Shown here: positions 7,255-16,277 of the stretch, one piece after another
How positions within the stretch are numbered: position 1 is the stretch's first letter
Layout: every line of letters begins with the position of its first letter
Virus record (IMG/VR): IMGVR_UViG_3300020045_010341
Coordinates: 1 to 24,770 of that record
Origin: a virus
Lineage: Duplodnaviria; Caudoviricetes
Strand: one strand, 5' to 3'
Length of the DNA stretch: 24,770 nt
Notes under the pieces: model-generated
What the model saw: only the letters and a program-made list of their open reading frames with translations
Database searches by the model: none
Told to the model about the DNA's origin: nothing
Translations under genes and position numbers: made by a program

Positions 7255-7536
7255 ATGTACAAAATTAAAGCGCTGGTTAACCCCATCGGAACACTACATA
7301 AAGCAGATATGCCCGGCTTCGGCGAAGTCAAGTACAAGGTACTTTCAATCCAGGAAAGCGGGCCTGGTCAACCGGATTTAGTTGATCCTATGATTGTTTG
7401 CGTGTACGCCGACGTTAAGCGGCTTTAGTATCCGCAAAAAGCGCTTACCATCAACTTGCAAGCGTTTAAAAACTTGTTTGTTGCGGTTACGCCAGCGGAT
7501 GACTTTCTTGTAGCGGATAAAATCTTTAAGGCATGA
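7255..7536 (+). pseudogene. 93-codon frame interrupted by one TAG at 7426-7428 (or a 57-aa CDS 7255-7428)
   Basis: ATG at 7255 with an A-rich leader. The frame continues after the TAG to a TGA at 7534-7536 that overlaps the next ATG at 7533. Confidence 0.55.
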
Positions 7537-7898
7537 TAAATAAACGATTTGGCAGAGTATTTGCGGCGCTTGCATTGCTGGTACTTGGCTTCGCCGGGTG
7601 CAAAGAGGTGGAACCACCGCCAACCGTCGAAGACCGCATGCAAGGTGTTTGGGTGCGCAAATACTTAAAACTGACCAATACCTACAATTTCCACGACGGC
7701 GCTTGCGATTCCTACGCGGTTATACCGGGACAACCCTATCAGTACTACGGGTTTGCGTACCGGGTCGAAAACGACACGCTGATAATGACTAACCTGGCAA
7801 GCCTTGAAAAGTCAAAACACACGGTAACTTTTACAAGTGATACCACCGTTACACTAAGCCGACACGACGGCATTGATTACTTTTTAAAAAGGGAATGA
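7533..7898 (+). CDS. Lipoprotein, lipocalin-like beta-rich domain
   Basis: Basic N-region, hydrophobic H-region, lipobox FAG-C, then KEVEPPP and a lipocalin-like MQGVW. Confidence 0.75.
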   Translation: MINKRFGRVFAALALLVLGFAGCKEVEPPPTVEDRMQGVWVRKYLKLTNTYNFHDGACDSYAVIPGQPYQYYGFAYRVENDTLIMTNLASLEKSKHTVTFTSDTTVTLSRHDGIDYFLKRE

Positions 7899-8674
7899 GT
7901 AACGAGCTTTCGCAATTCAATACCAATCAAGGCAGCTTTTCAGGAATATCTATTAGGCGCTCAAAGTCAAATTCAAGATACTTTTTGCCGCCAAAACAAA
8001 AAGACATTCCTGAAAAGCTTTTAAAATATAGGTTTGCCGAAGACCTTGCAAGTACCCTTGTTCCTGAAAAAGGAATGAGGGCTTTTGTCATTTTAGACGG
8101 TTCTTTTATCGCAGGAGACTTCTTTGAAGCGTGGGTAGTAAAGCACAACCTGCACATCAAAAAAATGACAGTATCCACGCTTTCAATGAGTGAGAACAAC
8201 GTAGACAGCTTCGCGAATATGCTAAACGCCGGATATGTAGATGCGCTGGACTTAATCGTTAGCGACTACTTTTTTTCGCATGAGCGCGGAAACCTTGTGC
8301 CGTACATTTACAAACAGCTAGACAAAGACAACCGATTCCAGCTTGCAGCGGCTTCTACCCATTACAAACTTTGCTTAATGGAAACGCATAGCGGCTCTAA
8401 AGTCGTGGTTCACGGATCGGCAAACCTTCGCAGTTCATCAAACATTGAGCATATTTGCATCGAAGAAAGTCCAGAGCTTTACGACTTCTTACTTTCTACG
8501 CAGATTGGTATTATCGACAAGTACAAAACCATAAACAAGTCAGTCCGTTACACAGACGCATGGGACGCGATTGATAGCAAAAAACAAGCAACATGGCCAG
8601 CGGATCAGGCAAAAACAAAGGCGGCAAAAAAGCCGGAAATGGCAGCAAATCAGCAGCCGCAAAGCGTAGTTTAG
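7895..8674 (+). CDS. Phospholipase D (HKD)-superfamily protein, probable nuclease-type fold
   Basis: STHYKLCLME (HxKx4E variant) followed by HGSANLRSS; a single HKD-type domain. Confidence 0.75.
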   Translation: MSNELSQFNTNQGSFSGISIRRSKSNSRYFLPPKQKDIPEKLLKYRFAEDLASTLVPEKGMRAFVILDGSFIAGDFFEAWVVKHNLHIKKMTVSTLSMSENNVDSFANMLNAGYVDALDLIVSDYFFSHERGNLVPYIYKQLDKDNRFQLAAASTHYKLCLMETHSGSKVVVHGSANLRSSSNIEHICIEESPELYDFLLSTQIGIIDKYKTINKSVRYTDAWDAIDSKKQATWPADQAKTKAAKKPEMAANQQPQSVV

Positions 8675-8721
8675 CGCAAAGAATAGCGCGGCAACCAGCC
8701 GCAAATGACGTTCCTTTCTAA
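8593..8721 (+). CDS. 42-aa basic Gly/Lys/Ala peptide ending in NDVPF
   Basis: MASGSGKNKGGKKAGNGSKSAAAKRSLAQRIARQPAANDVPF. A-rich leader with A at -3; overlaps the PLD 3' end in another frame and fills the gap to TerS. Confidence 0.6.
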   Translation: MASGSGKNKGGKKAGNGSKSAAAKRSLAQRIARQPAANDVPF

Positions 8722-8748
8722 AATCATTAAATTAAGGGGAAATTAAGA

Positions 8749-9141
8749 ATGAAAAAAGTGATCCAACCAAACGGAAGTGTGCTTCACATCCAAGAAAAAG
8801 GCGACCCCGCACCGCCTGGAGCCGGGCGACCACCTGGCAGCGTTTCATTCAAGACCATCGCAAACAAGATCCTTGACGGGCTTACCACAATTGAAGACGA
8901 GCAAGGCAACGAACTGCCAATGACAAGGCGCGAGGCCATTGTTTTAGGCGTTATTCAAGACGCGCTAAAAGGAGATGACCCAAACATAAGGCTAAAAGCG
9001 GCCTTTGGCCTTTGGGACAAGTTAGACCCGAAAGAAGCGGCAGACATAAACATTCGGAATATTAGCAACGGCGGCGAAATGGATGCTGCTAGATTCGCGG
9101 CTTTAAAAGCGCTCGCAGAACCCGAAAAAAATGCGGATTGA
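8749..9141 (+). CDS. terS: Terminase small subunit (putative)
   Basis: Immediately upstream of and overlapping TerL. GDPAPPGAGRPPGS resembles the GNPxGRPKG motif of TerS-like proteins. Confidence 0.7.
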   Translation: MKKVIQPNGSVLHIQEKGDPAPPGAGRPPGSVSFKTIANKILDGLTTIEDEQGNELPMTRREAIVLGVIQDALKGDDPNIRLKAAFGLWDKLDPKEAADINIRNISNGGEMDAARFAALKALAEPEKNAD

Positions 9142-10408
9142 AACCCAAAAAGCTAGTATTGGAACATACTCTATAGATGCGCTAGAGAATTTGTGGGCCG
9201 TCGGGATTCACCCGGTAACGGTTAACGACATATACCTTTCTAATTTCTTTAGACCTGAGCGAATACAAATTTGGTATGGTGGTAGTGGCGGCGGCAAGTC
9301 GGATGCAAAGGCAGCAGAGTTACTTTTGAAGTGTATTTTTAACCCGTATTGTCGGGTTATGTTTTGCCGTAAGACTAAGGAAAGTATAAGGATGTCTCAA
9401 TTCAGGCTTTTCAAAGACCTGATTAAGCGATACGGATTTTCTGGAATTTTCAGGATAAACGAAACCGCAATGACGCTTACCTGCACCGAAAATGGGAATA
9501 TGCTTTTTGGTAGTGGGCTAGACGACATGGGCAAAATAACATCCATTGCAGATGTTACAGATATTTGGCTAGAAGAGCCAATAGATCGCAAGGGGACGGT
9601 ATCGAGTAGCGATTTTACCGAGCTAAACCGCCGTTTACGGTCTGTCAAAGCATCTAATCACATTCACCTTACGTTCAACCCAATCTCCAAAGAAAGCTGG
9701 ATACACGACTACTTTTTTAAGTCTGACATCTACAAGCCATTTGTACTTTGTACCACATACCTAGACAACAATTTCACGCCGGAAAGCCAAAAGGATGAAT
9801 TTGAAATCCTTAAAATTAAAAAGCCGGACGAATACGCGGTTTATGCGCTTGGCGAATGGGGTACGCTGAAACAAGGGCTTGTGTTCCCTGAATACAGTAT
9901 CGTAAGGGATTGGCCAATAAACGTAAAGCGTTGGGGTTACGGACTGGATTGGGGCTTTTATCCAGACCCTTGCACATTGATAAAATGCGGCATTGGAGAC
10001 GGGAAACTGTATTTGGATGAGGTCGTATTTGAAAACAACCTGACAAGCGCAACCAGGTCGGAACGCATGAAGCAGCGCGGCGTTTCGCAAAAAACAAAGA
10101 TTATTGCAGATTCAAACCCTGAGGCCATTGCTGAAATGAAAACAAAAGGGTGGTTCAATATCGAATCTGCGAAAAAAGGCCCTGGTAGCATTAAAGCCGG
10201 AATATCTTTGATGCAGTCTTTTGATATTTGCTTGACGGCAAAAAGCATTAACCTAAAAGCAGAGTTTGATAATTACGAGTGGGCAAAGGAAAGAATGAGC
10301 GAAACCCCTACGGGTGACCCGGTTGACGCGTGGAACCACGGAATTGACGCGGCACGATACTGGACAATGGCAAACGCCACGCAAAAACAAGGGATTAGAT
10401 TCGCTTAA
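9131..10408 (+). CDS. terL: Terminase large subunit, PBSX-like family
   Basis: Walker A YGGSGGGKS, Walker B DIWLEE, coupling motif LTFNP, nuclease motifs GLDWG and NHGIDAARY. Confidence 0.95.
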   Translation: MRIETQKASIGTYSIDALENLWAVGIHPVTVNDIYLSNFFRPERIQIWYGGSGGGKSDAKAAELLLKCIFNPYCRVMFCRKTKESIRMSQFRLFKDLIKRYGFSGIFRINETAMTLTCTENGNMLFGSGLDDMGKITSIADVTDIWLEEPIDRKGTVSSSDFTELNRRLRSVKASNHIHLTFNPISKESWIHDYFFKSDIYKPFVLCTTYLDNNFTPESQKDEFEILKIKKPDEYAVYALGEWGTLKQGLVFPEYSIVRDWPINVKRWGYGLDWGFYPDPCTLIKCGIGDGKLYLDEVVFENNLTSATRSERMKQRGVSQKTKIIADSNPEAIAEMKTKGWFNIESAKKGPGSIKAGISLMQSFDICLTAKSINLKAEFDNYEWAKERMSETPTGDPVDAWNHGIDAARYWTMANATQKQGIRFA

Positions 10409-10432
10409 TCAAAAAGCATTTTCATAACTTTG
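10400..10432 (+). promoter_or_regulatory. Bacteroidota-type promoter upstream of the portal (TTCG-N21-TAACTTTG)
   Basis: Perfect TAnnTTTG at 10425-10432 in the terL-portal gap, with a TTCG variant -33 box at 10400-10403. Confidence 0.55.
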
Positions 10433-10442
10433 CAATAAAATA

Positions 10443-10454
10443 GCGAAAATTCGC
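10443..10454. repeat. GCGAAAATTCGC palindrome, copy 1
   Basis: GCGAA-AA-TTCGC; identical copies at 16408 and 21441. Confidence 0.75.
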
Positions 10455-10455
10455 A

Positions 10456-12348
10456 ATGGATACACAGCAACTAATTGACGTTTTGAGCGAAAACATAAGC
10501 TATGGCCTACGCCATGCAAGCTATGAGCGCTGTTTGGCCGTTCGCAAATTCGCTAAAATGATTTCCACGGGCGAAGACCAGGGCGAAGAGGTTACGCGAT
10601 ACCGTAGATTTGAAGACGAAGACCTTAAAAAGCAACGGGAACGCCTGTACAACACCCTGACAAAAAGCGCACTCGCCCGCCCTCGCAAATACTGGAAGCG
10701 CATGAACCGAGTTGAGGGAATACGCCGAAACTTCAATGTTTCAAGCAAACAGGAAGAGCTTATTTTAACCGAGCTTCAAAATTCGTTTTACAATTTCATG
10801 CCGGGCGAAGCCCTTGAACAATATCTTACAAGGGTTTTGGAATACTACGGCGTTACAGACCCTAACGCATGGATTCTGTACGAAAGGAATGACATACGCA
10901 ACGCAGAGGGCGTACAGATTAAAACCACCGTGTACCCCGTCGTTTTCTCGTGTGAAAGCGTACTGAATTTCCAAAAGTCGTACAGTATTTTGGATTGGGT
11001 TATTTTCCGGGCTATCCGCATTGAGCGCGGCACAAGCAAGGGCCAAAGCCAAGACGTAGTGCTAGAGGACTTTTATTTGTACGCGCCGGGATGGATTATC
11101 AGAATGCGCGAAATAGGCCCAAAAACAAGCATTGAGCAAGGCGAAGTCATTGCATCTATCCCTAATTATAGCGGCGCATCGCACTCGGTTAACCCCGTAG
11201 ACGGCAAGCAAACGCCAATACAAGGCGATTCATCGAAGCCAAGAAACTTTTACCTAAAAGCTATTCCAAACGGGACTACTGAAGTGCCAGCCGAATGTGT
11301 TGGCGTTTACTTTGATGAGGTCACAGGCCAACAGTCCTATGTGACCTGGTTCGATCCAGCGGAACACGTTTTCAAGGATTTGATACACGAAAAAAGCGTG
11401 TCAGATGTTTTGCTTACGACCTACGCCTACCCAAAAGAAACCGTTTATACAAAGGCTTGCAAGCACTCACACCCCGATTTTGGCGAGTGCGAGGGCGGCT
11501 TTTACAATGGTGTTCGGGATGCTCAACACACCTGCCAGTCTTGCGGCGGATCCGGGCGCATGGCCGGGTTCACAACCGAACAAGCGCGTATAGAGCTTAT
11601 TTTGCCTGAAGGCGCGCAGCAAGGCGACTTAATCGAGCTTTCAAAGCTATCGCACACGCAGGAAATTGATATTGCGCTTTTGCAATGGATAGATTCTAAG
11701 CAAGAGCGCACAGAGGCCCGTATACTTTCGACTATTTTCGATTCTGGGCTTGTACAACGCCCAACAAATACCAGCATAAAAACCGCTACGGAGGTCAATT
11801 CTATTTTAGAGGGCATTTCCGACGTTTTGGCTCCGTTTGGTAGTTGTATTTCCAGACATTTCGAGCTTGCCTACCGCGTTGGCGGGCAATACAAGGGTAT
11901 TAAAATTGATGTTGACCACTCGTTCCCGGACGGCTTTAAGATCGAGGCTTTGCCCGACATTGTTTCGGGCTTTGCCGACATTAAAAGTGCGGGCGTTGGG
12001 TATGAGGCGATACTCGCGCAGCGGGCGCGTGTCTTCCAAAAACTATTTGAGGGCGACCCGACCACGCAAAAGCAGATCCTTGCACGATATAAGTTTTTGC
12101 CGTTTGATGACAAAAGCGAAAACGAGGTTTCTACCATTATTTCAAGCCTTGCGCCTACTGACCCATCCAGGGTTTTGCGTTCGTATTGGCGTGACATTTT
12201 CTTGGAAATCGAAAGTGAAGACCCTTTGTTTTTTGAGAAGGACTACAAGTCACAAAAAGCAATAGTAGATGCAAAAGTTGAGGTTTTTTCCAGTAGAATA
12301 GTAGTTGACACCATCGAGCCACTACCAAACTTTAACGAACCCGTATAG
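10456..12348 (+). CDS. Portal protein (putative) with internal Cys4 insert
   Basis: 630 aa directly after TerL, largely helical, with a KTATEV segment reminiscent of portal TATE motifs. Called mainly on synteny. Confidence 0.8.
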   Translation: MDTQQLIDVLSENISYGLRHASYERCLAVRKFAKMISTGEDQGEEVTRYRRFEDEDLKKQRERLYNTLTKSALARPRKYWKRMNRVEGIRRNFNVSSKQEELILTELQNSFYNFMPGEALEQYLTRVLEYYGVTDPNAWILYERNDIRNAEGVQIKTTVYPVVFSCESVLNFQKSYSILDWVIFRAIRIERGTSKGQSQDVVLEDFYLYAPGWIIRMREIGPKTSIEQGEVIASIPNYSGASHSVNPVDGKQTPIQGDSSKPRNFYLKAIPNGTTEVPAECVGVYFDEVTGQQSYVTWFDPAEHVFKDLIHEKSVSDVLLTTYAYPKETVYTKACKHSHPDFGECEGGFYNGVRDAQHTCQSCGGSGRMAGFTTEQARIELILPEGAQQGDLIELSKLSHTQEIDIALLQWIDSKQERTEARILSTIFDSGLVQRPTNTSIKTATEVNSILEGISDVLAPFGSCISRHFELAYRVGGQYKGIKIDVDHSFPDGFKIEALPDIVSGFADIKSAGVGYEAILAQRARVFQKLFEGDPTTQKQILARYKFLPFDDKSENEVSTIISSLAPTDPSRVLRSYWRDIFLEIESEDPLFFEKDYKSQKAIVDAKVEVFSSRIVVDTIEPLPNFNEPV

Positions 12349-13211
12349 TGCCGGACTTAGACTACTATACCAAGAAAAGAGAACAGGAAGCCGACAAAGC
12401 CGACAAGGACACGGCTTTGCAGGTTCGCGTATTGCAGGGGCTTGGATATACGGCGGTAATTGAGTGGGCGATGCAAAGCCTTGAAATCGAGGACGGGAAA
12501 ATAAAGGCGAGCGCAAAGAATTTAGGCAAGGTGTCCACGCTGTACCGTATTCTTTCGGAGTGGCAAGCAAAGTATAAAGGAACGATGCTAGGCAAAGTAC
12601 TGGACTGGGCGGGCCGGATATTTGAAGCGAATGATGATTTTTTTGGCATTGAAAACGATGTGCCTGAAACTTTGGCGCAAAAGGCAGCTAAAGAGGCTTT
12701 ATTCCGGTGGGGGTACGACGGCAAAAACCTTTTACCTGGCAGCTATTTTGAGTACTTATTCAATAACCAGGTAATTGCGCAGCGTGTAGCGGGCCTTGCC
12801 AACCAGGCGATTTCGCAGGGGATTAGTCTGGCAGAGTTTCAGAAAACGTTTAAGAGTGTATTTGTGGGGAAACCAGGCAGCGGAATGCTCGAGCGGCATT
12901 GGAAAACAAACAGCTTTGATTTGTTTATGCGCATTGACCGCACCGCGCATTTGATCTACGCGAACGAGTTGGGGTTGAATTGGGCGATTTACTCAGGTAC
13001 ACTCGAAACAGACAGCCGCCCGTTTTGTATTGAGCGGGTAAACAAGGTTTTTAACCGAGATGAAATTGAAGGATGGAGGCTGTTAGAGTGGGCCGGGAAA
13101 CCAAAGATCGGATACGACCCTTTAACCGATTGCGGAGGGTATAATTGCCGCCATCACCTTTCTTTTATCAGCGACGGATTGGCAAAAAAACTAAAACTAA
13201 AACAAAAGTAA
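12348..13211 (+). CDS. Head morphogenesis / minor capsid protein (SPP1 gp7/MuF-like)
   Basis: Follows the portal; C-terminal YSGTLETDSRPFC ... GGYNCRH motif. Confidence 0.75.
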   Translation: MPDLDYYTKKREQEADKADKDTALQVRVLQGLGYTAVIEWAMQSLEIEDGKIKASAKNLGKVSTLYRILSEWQAKYKGTMLGKVLDWAGRIFEANDDFFGIENDVPETLAQKAAKEALFRWGYDGKNLLPGSYFEYLFNNQVIAQRVAGLANQAISQGISLAEFQKTFKSVFVGKPGSGMLERHWKTNSFDLFMRIDRTAHLIYANELGLNWAIYSGTLETDSRPFCIERVNKVFNRDEIEGWRLLEWAGKPKIGYDPLTDCGGYNCRHHLSFISDGLAKKLKLKQK

Positions 13212-13212
13212 T

Positions 13213-13416
13213 ATGTGGGTAAATTACAATGGCTTTGCAATAAACACTTCCATGTGTACTTGTATTATTTGCGACGATGACAATGGAACAATCGCTTTTT
13301 ATTATCGGAAAAGCGAACCAGATCTTTTTGAGTTCAAATCAAACGAGCAGACGGAAAATGCCTTTCAACAAATAATGGATGGCATTAAAGATGGCCTTAA
13401 ATACCTTGAAATCTAA
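13213..13416 (+). CDS. Hypothetical protein
   Basis: 67-aa ORF tightly packed between structural genes. Confidence 0.65.
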   Translation: MWVNYNGFAINTSMCTCIICDDDNGTIAFYYRKSEPDLFEFKSNEQTENAFQQIMDGIKDGLKYLEI

Positions 13417-13419
13417 TCA

Positions 13420-15138
13420 ATGCCATCACTTTACGATACATTCCGCTTTACAGCAAACGACGGCACGGGCGATACGCAAGTTTTCCCGATAGCCAGCGGC
13501 TTGCGCCGTAGGTGGGAGCGCGAAGGTGATACACGGAGCTACCGCCTAAAACTAGCTACAAAGCTAAAGTTTAGGGGTGCGGATTACACTTACTTCAAAG
13601 AAGTATACGACACGGGCGAGTGCAACGAGGTCACGATGCTGATTGAGAACTATTGCGGCGGCGCATGGGTGACATGGCATGAAGGCACAGTCCCGATCAA
13701 CAACGGCGATTACAACGCAAGCCGATGCGAGGTTTCCTTTGAGATAAAACCAGCCGACGTTTACGAATGCGCAAACAAGGCGTTTGAAAACCGCGAAAAC
13801 TGGTTAGACTACGCCATAAAAACCAAGATAAAAACCAACCTTCCTGGCAACAACATCGAAACAATTGTTTGCGATTCAGCGGAAACTTTCGCTGCGGTTG
13901 ATCTTGATTTACACTTTTCAAATACCTGTTTTGGCGGTACTGTCACATCTTCGCAAGACCCAAACCCAACGCTCGCATGGCGACCAATATCACACTACCA
14001 ATTTTTTCAGGTTGGCATACCGTGGACATTGGTAGCAAAAACTACATGGGCAAGGGAAAAGGTTACAAGCGTTGGAGCGCCGCCTGGCAACGGATGGATA
14101 AACATATCTGGTACTACATGGGTACGACCCGTTTCAATCGGGTTTCCCGTGATAACGTATTCGGATACAAGCGCCGGGATAACATGGGAGACGCAAATAG
14201 TTAATGCCGCTCCAATCTCAAACGGTCGCAAATTGTCCGATGTTTTAGAGGCCGCTACCGCCGCTTTTGATTGTGGATTTGATAGTGTTGTTTCCGACTT
14301 CCTGAATATTAACCCGGATTCTACCGCCCCATCAAACGACGCATACGACTACGCCGCCGCACACTTTGAAAACCTGTTTTTCTTTCAAAAGTCTGACATT
14401 GTAAGAGCCTCAGCATCAAACGACGCAACTAGGTTCACATTCTCAATGAAGGAGTTTTTGGAGGAAATAAAGATTTTAAACCTGTTTCACTCCATTACAA
14501 ATGTGGCGGGGGTTAAGACTTTGCGCATCGAACACTACACGTACTGGCTAAACACAAACGGGCTTGATTTAACCACCTTAGACGGCGGTAAATACATTGT
14601 TGGGCGCGATGACTTCAAAACGGATGCAGAAGTGCCAAACTTTGAATCTTTCGCCTACCAAGAAAGCTACCGACCAAAGTTCCTTACCAAGCGCATCACA
14701 TATCCACCCGCTTGCGCAACTACTCAGGGCGATGAACGCACGGCGCGCCAACTTTGCACGGATTTCGCCGGGTTAACCGAAAATCCAGACGCGGGTTTAG
14801 AGGGCTTCTTTTTGATGGCAACTATTGATTTGGGCGGCGGCGAGTACCTTATGAATACCTTTGGAGGTGAGGCGAACGGCGCTTTCGCATGGGAAAACAT
14901 TTTGCCCGCGCTTTGGGCAGACGGGCGGTTTCATGCCGGGGCAACGGCAAACGTTCCGGGGTACACGGTTAATAGCGTACGCAAGTCAAGAGAGCAAGCA
15001 CAGATAACTATTCAATTTTGCTGTGATGACACATTCGAGCCTTCGGAGCTTGTGCAAACGCAATTGGGTTGGGGTGAGGTTAAAAGCGCTGAAGAAGACA
15101 CGGAAACTGCCACATTGAAACTATCTTTGCTGCAATAA
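13420..15138 (+). CDS. Virion structural protein, probably tail tip/hub
   Basis: 572 aa, beta-rich, rich in T/G/A/aromatic residues, inside the morphogenesis operon. Function is inferred only. Confidence 0.6.
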   Translation: MPSLYDTFRFTANDGTGDTQVFPIASGLRRRWEREGDTRSYRLKLATKLKFRGADYTYFKEVYDTGECNEVTMLIENYCGGAWVTWHEGTVPINNGDYNASRCEVSFEIKPADVYECANKAFENRENWLDYAIKTKIKTNLPGNNIETIVCDSAETFAAVDLDLHFSNTCFGGTVTSSQDPNPTLAWRPISHYQFFQVGIPWTLVAKTTWAREKVTSVGAPPGNGWINISGTTWVRPVSIGFPVITYSDTSAGITWETQIVNAAPISNGRKLSDVLEAATAAFDCGFDSVVSDFLNINPDSTAPSNDAYDYAAAHFENLFFFQKSDIVRASASNDATRFTFSMKEFLEEIKILNLFHSITNVAGVKTLRIEHYTYWLNTNGLDLTTLDGGKYIVGRDDFKTDAEVPNFESFAYQESYRPKFLTKRITYPPACATTQGDERTARQLCTDFAGLTENPDAGLEGFFLMATIDLGGGEYLMNTFGGEANGAFAWENILPALWADGRFHAGATANVPGYTVNSVRKSREQAQITIQFCCDDTFEPSELVQTQLGWGEVKSAEEDTETATLKLSLLQ

Positions 15139-15151
15139 AACCAAAATAAAT

Positions 15152-15457
15152 ATGAGAAAAACACTAAGCATCCTTTGTTTTGCCGCCGTTTTGGCGTTTT
15201 CATCATGTCAAAAAGATGAATGCCCAAAGTGTACGGTGTTTTTGGTTAACTCCGAATTGTACACCTATCAAATGACAATGACGGGGCAACCCGCATTCTC
15301 ATTGAAGCCCGCTGAAATAAAGGAAATCGAGATTGAAGCAGGTAAAAAATATGCCATAACAGGCAGACAAAACACCACATTTGCTCATAACAACTTTTCA
15401 AAATCAGTAAGTTGTGACGGCGGTTGTGGTGAAATTATTGTTGAGGTAAAAAACTAA
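15152..15457 (+). CDS. Lipoprotein with Bacteroidota-like surface export signal
   Basis: MRKTLSILCFAAVLAFSS-C lipobox followed by QKDE; four further Cys. Confidence 0.8.
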   Translation: MRKTLSILCFAAVLAFSSCQKDECPKCTVFLVNSELYTYQMTMTGQPAFSLKPAEIKEIEIEAGKKYAITGRQNTTFAHNNFSKSVSCDGGCGEIIVEVKN

Positions 15458-15460
15458 GCA

Positions 15461-16276
15461 ATGATAACGGCGAACCCAGGCAACCTATTAAAGTTCAACA
15501 GCGGAGCCACTTGGCAGCGGCACAACCTGCCAGGCCAAAACCGTCTTGCGTTCGGGCTTAAATGCCCAAAGGCGAACGGGTTGCCGTTTCAGCTTTTCTT
15601 TGCGTCCGGGGCCGGATCTGTGTCGTGGAAGCTGGTAAATCCAATCGACCCAACGGGCGGGTCTTCGGTTACGATGGATGCAGCGGATTTAATCGTAACA
15701 AACAAGGACGGTGGCGGCTTTTGGGTGACACGAACCGCGTTAACGGCGCTTACAAACGCAGTTGACTGCGGATTTTGGGAGGCATGGGTGACGGTAGACG
15801 GGACTGTGTACAAAAGCGAGGTTATGCACTTTCAGGAAAGTACAGATCCTACGCCTATTTACCGAATCAGATTTACAAATTCAAAGGATAAAGACAATGT
15901 TCTTTATACGTCGTTTTCGTACAGTCAATTTTTGTACACGACGCGTTGGGCTTTTGATACGCCAAGGGTAGACCGGGAAACCCAGCAAGAGGTTGACGGT
16001 AACGGTAAAAGAACCACGCAGTTTTCCAGGACGGTAGTACGCCACCGCTTAGAAGTTGCCGACGTTCCAGACTATGCCATTGAGTTTTTGAGTTCGGCGG
16101 TTGATATGGACGGCATACAATTTGAAGACATGGCCGGGGCGATTGCAGTAGTGCCGATGCGGAACACTACCTTTGAATCAAGGCGGCAAGGTGTGAGCCT
16201 GAATATTGCCGTGTTTGAGTTCGACGCAACTGCAGAGTCATTTAATGGGTGTCAACCCGATTTCATTACAGCATAA
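15461..16276 (+). CDS. Virion structural protein (tail-associated, putative)
   Basis: 271-aa beta-rich ORF in the morphogenesis operon. Confidence 0.6.
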   Translation: MITANPGNLLKFNSGATWQRHNLPGQNRLAFGLKCPKANGLPFQLFFASGAGSVSWKLVNPIDPTGGSSVTMDAADLIVTNKDGGGFWVTRTALTALTNAVDCGFWEAWVTVDGTVYKSEVMHFQESTDPTPIYRIRFTNSKDKDNVLYTSFSYSQFLYTTRWAFDTPRVDRETQQEVDGNGKRTTQFSRTVVRHRLEVADVPDYAIEFLSSAVDMDGIQFEDMAGAIAVVPMRNTTFESRRQGVSLNIAVFEFDATAESFNGCQPDFITA

Positions 16277-16277
16277 A

